DNA of 64,000 bases, taken from the NCBI GenBank assembly GCA_965116685.1, contig OZ220707.1, forward strand, positions 787,655 to 851,654, written 5' to 3'. Made by a program: the position numbers and the translations under genes. Below are positions 18,076 through 26,888 of the stretch, piece by piece (within the stretch, counting starts at the first letter, position 1; each line of letters starts with the position of its first letter). This DNA comes from Rhodothermales bacterium (GTDB lineage Bacteria > Bacteroidota > Rhodothermia > Rhodothermales > Bin80). Below the pieces are notes generated by a model, which searched no databases, was not told the origin of the DNA, and worked only from the letters and a program-made list of their open reading frames with translations.

Positions 18076-18540
18076 ATGGAACAAGCAACCTTTGGAGCCG
18101 GCTGTTTTTGGGGAGTGGAATTGGTTTTCCAACAGACACCCGGTGTTATCGATACTGCAGTGGGCTATTCTGGCGGAGTCATAAAAAACCCAACCTATCG
18201 CGAGGTCTGTTCAAAACGTACGGGGCATGCGGAGGTTGTGAACATTACTTTTGACCCGACTGTGGTTGAATATGCGCAGCTGCTGGGTATTTTCTGGGAA
18301 AATCACAATCCCACAACCTTAAACCGCCAGGGACCAGACGTAGGCTCTCAGTATCGTTCCGTCATCTTCTATCACTCCGATTTACAAAAATCAGAAGCGG
18401 AAAAGTCATTGCTTCGGAGACAGATGCAGCTGGCCGATCCCATTGTAACGGAGATCGTTCCTGCATGCATGTTTTATCGTGCGGAGGAACACCACCAGCG
18501 ATATCTGGAAAAGCGTGGGCTGACCCACTGCCATGTGTAG
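18076..18540 (+). CDS. msrA: Peptide-methionine (S)-S-oxide reductase
   Basis: The catalytic motif is ATFGAGCFWGVE. GYSGG...NPTYREVCS..TGHAEVV and EHHQRYLEK are all canonical for MsrA. Confidence 0.95.
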   Translation: MEQATFGAGCFWGVELVFQQTPGVIDTAVGYSGGVIKNPTYREVCSKRTGHAEVVNITFDPTVVEYAQLLGIFWENHNPTTLNRQGPDVGSQYRSVIFYHSDLQKSEAEKSLLRRQMQLADPIVTEIVPACMFYRAEEHHQRYLEKRGLTHCHV

Positions 18541-18545
18541 GCCTG

Positions 18546-20426
18546 CTATAAAGTATAGCCAGTCACAAAGGCTTCGGCAGCATAAAATTCAGGTAACCCG
18601 AGGCGGTTCAGAGCTTCCGCTGTTGCCGTGTTACGATCCTGTGCCCTTTGCCAGAATTCTCGATCGTCGTGTGCGCCGGGGAACATTGCCCGATCCTTCT
18701 GACTCTCGTGCTTGAAAATGGCCTCAATCTTACGCGCCATCTCTGCTCTTGAGATAGGAGTAAATACATCGGCTTGGTGGATTTCCCATTCCTGCCATGC
18801 ACCACGGTAGAGCCAAACCATTGGCCCCTGTACTCCCCTTTCGCGATTGTAGTGCGCCAAGGCCATCTTGATCGCAACATAACAGACCCGATGGGTGCCA
18901 TGAGGGTCCGAAAGATCCCCAGCCACAAAAATATGATCGGGCTCCTGTTCGTTCATGAGCTCCAAGATAATCTGAGCATCTTCCTCCCCCACCGGTTTCT
19001 TCTTGATCCATCCGGTCTGGTAGAATGGCAAGTCAATAAACCGTGCATTCGACCGACTGAGTCCCATCACCTCAATCCCTGCAATCGCCTCCGCATATCG
19101 GATGGCAGACTTGATATGCTGCACGGAAGGAAGATCTATCTCGCCGGCGGACTTGTTTTTTAGAAATCTTAACAAATCCTCTCGGCATGCCCGGAAAACC
19201 TTCGCTGCTTCTCCGGTAATCCCAAGCTCATTCAGGCACATTTCTACAAACCCCAGATAACGGGATACATCCGCATCAAAAACAGCAACCGATCCATTGG
19301 TCATGTACGCAACAACAATCTCGTTCTGATTCCGAGTCAGCTTATCCAGCATTCCTCCCATGGAGATTACATCATCATCCGGGTGGGGGCTAAAGAGAAT
19401 CACGCGTTTGCCCTTGGGAAGCTGATTCTGATAACGAATCCTGTGACGCAAGTCTTCAAATACACGCAAGCATATCTCGTCAATTTCCGGATAGGCATAG
19501 ACCAGGCTGTGAAGGCGATTATTATGAAAATCTGCCTCCTCTAACTGAAGAATCGCTTTCCCGACACGATCAGATAGCCAGATGATCGCACGCTTGGCCA
19601 TTTCCAGGTCCCATTTCACATCAGAGACCAGCCACGGGGTCTGTTCCCTAGTCAGCCCACCTGCCGCAGCACGATCCAGATAGACCGCACTTTTCGGGTG
19701 TTCTCGTAAATAGGAGGCTGTTACCTCCTCATTAATCGAATCTTCAACTGCTCGTCGGATGATCTCGGCCTTGCCTTCCCCGGTGGCCATGAGGACGATT
19801 TCGCGGGAATCCAGGATCGTCCCTACACCGACCGTCAAACCTTGTCGGGGGACATGCTCATCTCCAAAGAAATGACTGGCAGCATCTTTTCGGGTAATTG
19901 AATCCAGGATTACCTTCCTGGTCCGATCACTCCGTGAGCTTCCCGGCTCATTGAACGCAATATGTCCACTTCGCCCAATCCGTAGCAAAACAAGGTCCAG
20001 CCCCCCGGCATCCTGAATCATTTCCTCATAGGAGTTGCACCATTCATCTACATGGTCTTCCACCAAATTCCCAGGCAATCCATGTGCCTGATCCGCTGGA
20101 ACATTGATGTGCTTCAGGAGATTTTCCCGAAGAAATCGGTAATGGCTTTGCATACGGCCTGGATCAATCGGGTAATACTCCGCCAAATCAAAGGTGATGA
20201 CCTTGGAAAAATCCAAGCCATCTTCCTGATGCATCCGAATCAACTCCTTGTATACATCCAGAGGGGTGGACCCGGTGGGAAGACCAAGAACCGTGTTCAG
20301 TCCCAGGGACGTACGCTCTTTGATGAGCGCCCCGATGTAGTGTGCAACCTCAAGTGCCAGAGACGCTGCGTCCTCGAAAATATGTACTGGTAAATGCTCA
20401 CGATACGAATCCATAGGAGTTGACAT
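18546..20426 (-). CDS. nagB: Glucosamine-6-phosphate deaminase, long form (NagB domain fused to a LmbE/PIG-L-like domain)
   Basis: The N-terminal NagB/6-PGL fold is LGLPTGSTPL...LLRIGRSGHIAFNEPGS. The C-terminal domain has the PIG-L motif SPHPDDDVISMGG and HPDH-like IFVAGDLSDPHGTHR. Confidence 0.9.
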   Translation of the reverse strand: MSTPMDSYREHLPVHIFEDAASLALEVAHYIGALIKERTSLGLNTVLGLPTGSTPLDVYKELIRMHQEDGLDFSKVITFDLAEYYPIDPGRMQSHYRFLRENLLKHINVPADQAHGLPGNLVEDHVDEWCNSYEEMIQDAGGLDLVLLRIGRSGHIAFNEPGSSRSDRTRKVILDSITRKDAASHFFGDEHVPRQGLTVGVGTILDSREIVLMATGEGKAEIIRRAVEDSINEEVTASYLREHPKSAVYLDRAAAGGLTREQTPWLVSDVKWDLEMAKRAIIWLSDRVGKAILQLEEADFHNNRLHSLVYAYPEIDEICLRVFEDLRHRIRYQNQLPKGKRVILFSPHPDDDVISMGGMLDKLTRNQNEIVVAYMTNGSVAVFDADVSRYLGFVEMCLNELGITGEAAKVFRACREDLLRFLKNKSAGEIDLPSVQHIKSAIRYAEAIAGIEVMGLSRSNARFIDLPFYQTGWIKKKPVGEEDAQIILELMNEQEPDHIFVAGDLSDPHGTHRVCYVAIKMALAHYNRERGVQGPMVWLYRGAWQEWEIHQADVFTPISRAEMARKIEAIFKHESQKDRAMFPGAHDDREFWQRAQDRNTATAEALNRLGLPEFYAAEAFVTGYTL

Positions 20427-20730
20427 GGGGAATTAAGGAGATCTGAGATCAGTCCACCAGCGTTTTACCCCGACGCAGCAACCCTGCTCCAGAAATCCCA
20501 AAATTTCATGCCACAACTGCGATTATCCACGGAAGCTACGCAATGTTGATGAGAAAAACTTGGAATTCTGACTGCTTTTTCGTACCTTGTACCTTAATGT
20601 ATTTGTGCCAAATTTCACACTGCACTGCCTGCACTGCTGGGCGAAATCCTGGTTTCCAACTTGGGAGATCGAGGATTTACAATGAAGCTTGTGGATAAAA
20701 AATTGCGAAGACAAATCTATTTCGGTGGTT

Positions 20731-21510
20731 ATGGCCCAACTGACCAATGTATTGTTCGTCACAGGAGAAATTGACCCATTTGCTAATGAAAGTGACATTG
20801 GAATATTAACGCGCTATTTACCCAAGGGGCTGAGTGAAGATGGTTCTTTTGCAACCAGGATTATGATGCCGCGCTATGGGACGATCAGTGAGCGGAAAAA
20901 TCGACTACACCAAGTGATTCGCCTCTGCGGTACAAAGGTGAGTATGGGCAGCCAGACAGAAACACTTGCCGTCAAGGTCGCAGCAATTCCCGGAACACGG
21001 TGCCAAGTCTACTTCATGGACAGCAAGCGCTTTTTTAAACGAAAAGGTTTGCACCAGGATAATTTGGGGAATACGTTTGACGATAATTCGGCACGTGCAC
21101 TCTTTTTTGCGCGCTCAACTCTGGAAACCGTGCGCAAGTTACAATGGAAACCCGATGTCGTCCATGCGTTCGGCTGGATCAGTGGCTTTTTGCCCTTACT
21201 CTTGGCGACGGAATACAAGAATGATGAATTATTTGAATCCGTTAAAACAGTAGTCTTTACTCCAGATCGTATTGAGGCGGATGCGGTCATTTCCAATGAC
21301 CTCATTAAGAATATGAAGCTTTCACTCAATGGGGATATTTCTGGAATGAGTCTGTCTGATCTGGGTGCCAAATTTTCGGATATTGTCGCGTACCCTCCCT
21401 CTCTGACCCCAGACTCTGAAACATCGGTACATTTCAGTACCGATACGCAGGAAATGATTTTGCAAGCCACGGATCTCTATCAAATGGCATGCAGTGCCGA
21501 ACCCGCCTGA
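20731..21510 (+). CDS. Short glycogen/starch-synthase-like protein (N-terminal catalytic-domain half only)
   Basis: MAQLTNVLFVTGEIDPFANESDIG...MPRYG matches the Glyco_transf_5 starch-synthase N-terminus. It is only about 260 aa, as in the short Bacteroidota form. The ORF opens at a GTG at 20689. Confidence 0.75.
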   Translation: MAQLTNVLFVTGEIDPFANESDIGILTRYLPKGLSEDGSFATRIMMPRYGTISERKNRLHQVIRLCGTKVSMGSQTETLAVKVAAIPGTRCQVYFMDSKRFFKRKGLHQDNLGNTFDDNSARALFFARSTLETVRKLQWKPDVVHAFGWISGFLPLLLATEYKNDELFESVKTVVFTPDRIEADAVISNDLIKNMKLSLNGDISGMSLSDLGAKFSDIVAYPPSLTPDSETSVHFSTDTQEMILQATDLYQMACSAEPA

Positions 21511-21630
21511 CCGGGAACATCAAGCCTGTCTTTGAGGGTATCTTCCCGTTGGCCGTGCTTTAGAGTGCCAATATCGTCGATTCCTCGTTCTTGGGCCACT
21601 ATCTTGCCCATCTCGATCATTTTATGCGTT
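21469..21630 (+). repeat. Left copy of a 162-bp imperfect direct repeat bounding the accessory island
   Basis: It aligns colinearly with 27599..27760 at an exact offset of 6130 bp. I count roughly 17-20 differences by eye, including two compensating 1-nt indels. It covers the last ~42 nt of the glycogen-synthase-like CDS, the intergenic region and ATGCGTT. Confidence 0.9.
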
Positions 21631-21863
21631 TAATGGCACCCCGGCGAAAGACCATACCTCTCCGCAACAAAAAAGGCGAAATTATCAACTTGGATCATCA
21701 CAATAATCATGATAAGACTCTTGAAATGCCACTTGATGTGGAGAACATCCTAAACCATTCTCCGGTTCTATGAACAGGTACCGCAGGATAGAATATCAAT
21801 ACAGGCGGCAAGGGAGTTTTTTGCGTTTATGTATTTTACGCAAAGTATGGAAATGAGGGCAAT

Positions 21864-23450
21864 ATGACGCAGAAAAAGAAGAAATCATCTAGAAAAAAAG
21901 CCGCATCTGAGGCAAACAGTGCTACCGTCGGATACGAAGCCGAGCTCTGGGATATGGCCAACGCGCTCCGGGGAAGTATGGACGCGGCCGAATACAAGCA
22001 CGTCGTTTTGGGACTCATATTTCTCAAGTACATATCCGATGCATTTGAGGAAAAACGGCGGGAGCTCGAAACACAGATATCCGAGGGAACGGATCCAAAT
22101 GACCCCGATGAATACCGTGCGGAAAACATATTCTGGGTGCCTCCTGAAGCCCGCTGGCAGGATATAAAGGCACAGGCAAGGCAGCCTACTATTGGGAAAC
22201 TCGTCGATGATGCCATGATGGGGATCGAGCGAGTGAACAGAGAGCTTAAGAGTGTCCTGCCAAAAAACTATGCCCGCCCAGCGCTGAATAAACAAAGACT
22301 TGGCCAGGTAATTGATCTTATAAGCAACATAAATGTCGGCGACAGAAATGCACGGTCAAAAGATGTTCTGGGGAGGGTCTACGAATATTTTCTCTCGCAA
22401 TTTGCAAATGCCGAAGGCAAGAAAGGGGGAGAGTTCTACACCCCCCGCTGTGTAGTGAAACTGCTGATGGAGATGCTTGAACCCTACGGGGGACGAGTTT
22501 ATGACCCATGCTGCGGCTCTTCAGGCATGTTTGTACAATCCATTGAATTCGCTGCAGCGCACGCGGGAGGAAGTGTCAGGGGAAGATCGAAGCTTCCTAA
22601 AGGCGTCAGACCTAATATTTCAATCTACGGACAGGAATCAAATTATACGACTTGGTGTCTCGCAAAAATGAATTTGGCCATTCGCGGCATTGAAGGCCAG
22701 ATTGCCCACGGAGACACTTTTCTCGATGATCGATTCCCCGATCTTAAGGCCAACTTCATTCTCGCTAATCCACCGTTCAACGTAAGTGACTGGGGAGGAG
22801 AAAGGCTTAGGGAAGACAAGCGCTGGAAATACGGCATTCCACCCAAGGGAAATGCGAATTTCGCGTGGGTGCAGCACATGGTTCACCACTTAGCACCCGG
22901 CGGTACGGCGGGTTTCGTGCTCGCAAACGGCTCTATGTCTTCTTCCCAGAATGCCGAGAGCGAAATCAGGAAAAACCTTGTAGAGGCGGGCATAGTCGAC
23001 TGCATCGTGGCACTTCCAGGACAGCTTTTCTATTCAACGCAGATTCCTGCGTGTCTCTGGTTTCTCTCGCGCCGGAAAGGAGAGAAAATTCTTTTTATTG
23101 ACGCGCGTATGCTCGGCCGCATGGTTGATCGCACACACAGGGAACTTACATATGAGGAAATCTGCCGCGTAGCCGAAACGTATCGTGCGTGGAGAGTCGA
23201 GAAAAATACTGGAGAATACAAAGATGTCTTGGGGCTTTGCAAAAGCGTGGATCTGGATGAGGTGCGGCGCCATGGCTATGTTCTCACTCCGGGGCGCTAC
23301 GTGGAAGCAGAGATCGAAAAAAATGACGACGAGTTATTTGAAGACAAGATGAAGCGTCTTACCTTAAAACTCCGCAAGCAGCGGGAAGAGGCAGTCAAGC
23401 TTGACGCAGCCATAACCTCCAATCTTAAAAAACTGGGATATGATACCTGA
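21864..23450 (+). CDS. hsdM: Type I restriction-modification system, DNA methyltransferase subunit M
   Basis: The HsdM N-terminal domain is [34 protein letters not shown]. The AdoMet motif is [12 protein letters not shown] and the catalytic motif is NPPFN. Confidence 0.95.
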   Translation: MTQKKKKSSRKKAASEANSATVGYEAELWDMANALRGSMDAAEYKHVVLGLIFLKYISDAFEEKRRELETQISEGTDPNDPDEYRAENIFWVPPEARWQDIKAQARQPTIGKLVDDAMMGIERVNRELKSVLPKNYARPALNKQRLGQVIDLISNINVGDRNARSKDVLGRVYEYFLSQFANAEGKKGGEFYTPRCVVKLLMEMLEPYGGRVYDPCCGSSGMFVQSIEFAAAHAGGSVRGRSKLPKGVRPNISIYGQESNYTTWCLAKMNLAIRGIEGQIAHGDTFLDDRFPDLKANFILANPPFNVSDWGGERLREDKRWKYGIPPKGNANFAWVQHMVHHLAPGGTAGFVLANGSMSSSQNAESEIRKNLVEAGIVDCIVALPGQLFYSTQIPACLWFLSRRKGEKILFIDARMLGRMVDRTHRELTYEEICRVAETYRAWRVEKNTGEYKDVLGLCKSVDLDEVRRHGYVLTPGRYVEAEIEKNDDELFEDKMKRLTLKLRKQREEAVKLDAAITSNLKKLGYDT

Positions 23451-23498
23451 TGACACAAATTTTATGTATTGTATATCGGAGGATACAATCGTAACACA

Positions 23499-23921
23499 AT
23501 GAAACTTGATGTTAGTTCACTCGAACGCGCAGTGGGGGAAATGGGAGATTTTCTGGAGAAATTTAGAGGATATGAAGCCTCCGACGACGTTCTGTTTTTT
23601 CGGATGCTCCAAGCAGGCGTTATTAAAGCATTTGAATTCACCTACGAACTGTCCGTCCGCTTCATCCGGCGACAATTGTCCCAAACATCTTTTAACATAG
23701 CTAATGTTGATGCCTTGGATTTTCGCAACATGATGCGGGTTGCGGCGGATGCAGGGCTGATCGCCGAACCCAAAAACTGGTTTAAGTACCGAGAGAAGCG
23801 CAACATCACAAGTCATACCTATGACGAGTATAAGGCTCAGGAAGTTCTTGCTATTGCAGGTGATTTCTTGGAAGATGCCCGTTTCCTGCTTGCCGAACTT
23901 ACGAGAAGAAATGCTCCATGA
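23499..23921 (+). CDS. HEPN-domain nucleotidyltransferase substrate-binding protein (HI0074/HepT-like)
   Basis: AGVIKAFEFTYELSVRFIRRQL and the Rx4-6H HEPN motif RNITSHTYDE are present. Its stop overlaps the next start (ATGA at 23918-23921). The ORF track opens at a TTG at 23469. Confidence 0.8.
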   Translation: MKLDVSSLERAVGEMGDFLEKFRGYEASDDVLFFRMLQAGVIKAFEFTYELSVRFIRRQLSQTSFNIANVDALDFRNMMRVAADAGLIAEPKNWFKYREKRNITSHTYDEYKAQEVLAIAGDFLEDARFLLAELTRRNAP

Positions 23922-25453
23922 ACGCACGCATTGACATCTCGCCGGACGATCTGGAAACCGTCCAGGAAATTCTTGTCAATCATGTTCCCGAGCTTGAAGT
24001 CCGGGCCTTTGGGTCTCGTGTTACTTGGACAGCGAGGCAATACTCGGACCTTGATTTGGTATTAATGACGGCAGACCCGCTCGATATCTCGCGTCTTGCC
24101 GACCTGTGCGAGACCTTTTCGCAATCCGATCTGCCATTTCAAGTAGATATAGTGGACTGGGCTTCCACTTCTGAGAGTTTTCGGGAGATAATCAAAAAAG
24201 AATGTGTGGTTGTTCAGGATAAACCTGAAGACAAGAATAATAATTGGCCAATCATAAAACTAGATTATTGTGCCACACTCAGTGGCCAGACAATCTTGCC
24301 GTCTAACGCAATAGATTTACCGTATATAGGCCTAGAACATATTGAAAAAGGCCAGCTGCATCTTACAGGACATGGGAAAGCGAGCAGTGTTTCTAGCGTG
24401 AAAACACATTTTCACTACAACGATATCCTTTTCGGAAAACTGCGTCCATATTTCCGAAAAATCATCATGGCCCCTTTTGAAGGAATCTGCTCAACCGATA
24501 TCTGGGTTATCAGATCGAAGGAACATGTAGACCAGTTATTCCTTTTCTATTGTCTAGCTTCTCAAGCCTTTGTAAATTTCGCAACCCGTTCATCCGAGGG
24601 TACACGAATGCCAAGAGCAAAATGGGATTATGTTTCTCAATACGAAATTCAGCTTCCCCCGCTCCCCGAACAACGCACCATCGCTCACATCCTCGGCATG
24701 TTGGACGACAAGATAGAACTGAACAGGCAGATGAACAAAACACTGGAGGCGACGGTACGGGCGCTGTTCAAGTCCTGGTTCATCGATTTCGAACCGGTCC
24801 GGGCAAAGATGGAAGGTTGGGATACGGGCTTCCCGCATGACATCGCCGACCTGTTTCCTGACCGGCTGGTGGATTCCGAGATGGGAGAGATTCCAGAAGG
24901 GTGGGAGGTAAAGTTGCTGAAGGACTGTATGAACCTAACTATGGGGCAGTCACCACCGGGTAACACCTACAACAACCACGGAGACGGCTTGCCCTTCTTC
25001 CAAGGCCGAGCGGAGTTTGGTTTCCGCTATCCTGAGAAACGAAGATTCTGTTTCGCACCGACTCGCGTTGCGGATCCAGAGGATACGCTGGTCAGCGTCC
25101 GGGCGCCCGTCGGGGACATCAACTTGGCTTGGGAACGGTGTTGTATCGGACGGAGCTTAGCAGCACTGAGACACAAGTCGGGCTCAAACTCATTCACTTA
25201 CCATTCAGCTTGGGCCTTGCGGCGAGAATTTGAGCAATACGAGCAAACGGGAACCGTGTTCGGTGCAATCAACAAAGGTCAGTTTGAAGTCTTAAAGGTG
25301 GTGGAGCCCGACGCTCGCGTTATTGAAGCGTTTGACACTATAGCCGTAAACCTGGACGCGCGGATCAGATCGAACGTTAGTGAATCTCACGCCCTCGCCA
25401 CACTTCGCGACACGCTGCTTCCCGAGCTTCTTTCTGGAGAAGTTCGACTCTAA
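23918..25453 (+). CDS. hsdS: Fusion ORF: minimal nucleotidyltransferase (MNT/MntA-like, ~100 aa) joined in frame to a complete Type I specificity subunit HsdS (two target-recognition domains, TRDs)
   Basis: The N-terminus AFGSRVTWTARQYSDLDLVLM...FQVDIVDW is the GSx..DxD MNT signature. From about residue 105 there is a full HsdS, with TRD1, the central conserved region LPPLPEQRTIAHILGMLDDKIELNRQMNKTLE, TRD2, and the C-terminal conserved region LRDTLLPELLSGEVRL. No stop codon separates the two parts. Confidence 0.85.
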   Translation: MNARIDISPDDLETVQEILVNHVPELEVRAFGSRVTWTARQYSDLDLVLMTADPLDISRLADLCETFSQSDLPFQVDIVDWASTSESFREIIKKECVVVQDKPEDKNNNWPIIKLDYCATLSGQTILPSNAIDLPYIGLEHIEKGQLHLTGHGKASSVSSVKTHFHYNDILFGKLRPYFRKIIMAPFEGICSTDIWVIRSKEHVDQLFLFYCLASQAFVNFATRSSEGTRMPRAKWDYVSQYEIQLPPLPEQRTIAHILGMLDDKIELNRQMNKTLEATVRALFKSWFIDFEPVRAKMEGWDTGFPHDIADLFPDRLVDSEMGEIPEGWEVKLLKDCMNLTMGQSPPGNTYNNHGDGLPFFQGRAEFGFRYPEKRRFCFAPTRVADPEDTLVSVRAPVGDINLAWERCCIGRSLAALRHKSGSNSFTYHSAWALRREFEQYEQTGTVFGAINKGQFEVLKVVEPDARVIEAFDTIAVNLDARIRSNVSESHALATLRDTLLPELLSGEVRL

Positions 25454-25458
25454 GATCC

Positions 25459-25710
25459 CGAATCGTTCGCTCCCGACACCTCTTCCGATGCAAAGAGAAC
25501 TCCAAGATGAGCGAGGCAGAGATGTTTGAACGACATTTTGACGGCATCTGCAATGCTCTTTGTCATGGACAGTCCAACGCCAAAGCATGCAACGGCAAAA
25601 TCCAGGAGGTCAAAACCATCGGTAGAGGATGCAGAACGTTTGAAAACTTTCGAGTTGCGATCCTTTTCTTCTGCGGAGGACTAGACCTCTATCCACAACA
25701 TTCGGGGTAG
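25459..25710 (+). pseudogene. C-terminal remnant of an ISL3-family transposase
   Basis: The frame reads ...HFDGICNALCHGQSNAKACNGKIQEVKTIGRGCRTFENFRVAILFFCGGLDLYPQ. This matches the conserved ISL3/IS1001-type C-terminus (sN...EG.N.KIk.iKr.a.GfRn.enF...i.f..GgLdLyP). Only about 60-80 codons are present and the catalytic domain is missing. Confidence 0.6.
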
Positions 25711-25754
25711 AACCAAATATTTTGAAGGAAATTGGAGTCTGTAGTGATAAGCCC

Positions 25755-26888
25755 ATGCCCCACATAAAGCATTTTTCCGTTCGCGGCTTCAAGTCAATTC
25801 GTGAGCTCGAAAATTTCGAATTGAAACCTCTGAATGTGCTGATCGGTGCCAACGGAGCCGGTAAAAGCAACCTTCTGAGTCTGTTTAAAATGCTCTCCGC
25901 CCTTTCGCAGAAGCGTCTTCAGCTTTTTGCCAAAAACGAGGGTGGCCCGAATGCATTGCTGTTCGGCGGACGAAAACTAACTTCAAAGCTTGAAATAGCC
26001 CTGTCATTTGAAAACAACCACTACGAATACGCGTTTTCACTCGAACCGACAACTGACTCAGTAGCCTTTTCCGGCGAGAAGCTCTTCCCAGGAGTCGCTG
26101 GAGATTTCAGCGCTGAAGATTTCAACACTGGCGGTTTCAAAACAGAGGCCGGTGCCTCAGTATGGCCCGGCGGATATAGCGAATCATGCGTGGCGGATAT
26201 TAAGTATGGGGAATTTGCATCTTATTTTTTGCCCAATATGAGACGCTGGCGCGTGTTTCACTTTCAGGACATGAGCGATACGGCTCACGTGCGAAATCAG
26301 TCGAAGGTACGCGACAACCTTCGACTAAGACCGGACGCTGGGAATCTTGCACCTTTTCTGCGCAATCTCCGTGAACATCATCCTGACCACTATCAAAGAA
26401 TCATAAATGTAGTCCGCCTCTCGGTTCCGTTTTTCGGAGACTTCGTCTACCGCAAGAATCTGGGCGACAGCATGGATCTTGAATGGTTTGAGGAATGGGG
26501 AGACTCGGACACACCGTTTGGTCCCCGACAGCTCTCAGGCGGTACGTTGCGTTTCATCTGTCTTGCTACTCTGTTAAATCAGCCGGAAAACCTCCAGCCG
26601 AACCTCATTCTCATTGACGAACCCGAGCTGGGGTTGCATCCATTTGCACTGACGCTACTGGCCGAAATGATCCAGCAGGCAGCCGACTTGCGACAGATTA
26701 TTGTCTCAACGCAATCCGCGGAACTTATAAGTCATTTTGAACCCGAAGATATCGTGGTCGTCGATCGCAAGAACGATGAATCCGTCTTTAAAAGGCTGGA
26801 CTCAGAATACCTTGCCGACTGGCTTGAAGATTACACGCTCGACGAGCTCTGGAAAATGAACGTGCTTGGTGGCAGACCCCGACCATGA
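25755..26888 (+). CDS. ABC/SMC-like AAA ATPase (AAA_21/AAA_15-type)
   Basis: Walker A LIGANGAGKSNL, ABC signature QLSGGTLRF, Walker B LILIDEPELGLHP. The H-loop position reads STQS. The ORF opens at a TTG at 25722, but the ATG at 25755 (MPHIKHFSVRGFKSI) is preferred. Confidence 0.85.
   Translation: MPHIKHFSVRGFKSIRELENFELKPLNVLIGANGAGKSNLLSLFKMLSALSQKRLQLFAKNEGGPNALLFGGRKLTSKLEIALSFENNHYEYAFSLEPTTDSVAFSGEKLFPGVAGDFSAEDFNTGGFKTEAGASVWPGGYSESCVADIKYGEFASYFLPNMRRWRVFHFQDMSDTAHVRNQSKVRDNLRLRPDAGNLAPFLRNLREHHPDHYQRIINVVRLSVPFFGDFVYRKNLGDSMDLEWFEEWGDSDTPFGPRQLSGGTLRFICLATLLNQPENLQPNLILIDEPELGLHPFALTLLAEMIQQAADLRQIIVSTQSAELISHFEPEDIVVVDRKNDESVFKRLDSEYLADWLEDYTLDELWKMNVLGGRPRP

Noticed and set aside
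21774-21863. Possible Bacteroidota-type promoter (TAnnTTTG-like) upstream of hsdM
   Set aside because: Only weak partial matches are present (e.g. tattttac). I cannot support a specific -7/-33 assignment without transcription start-site data.
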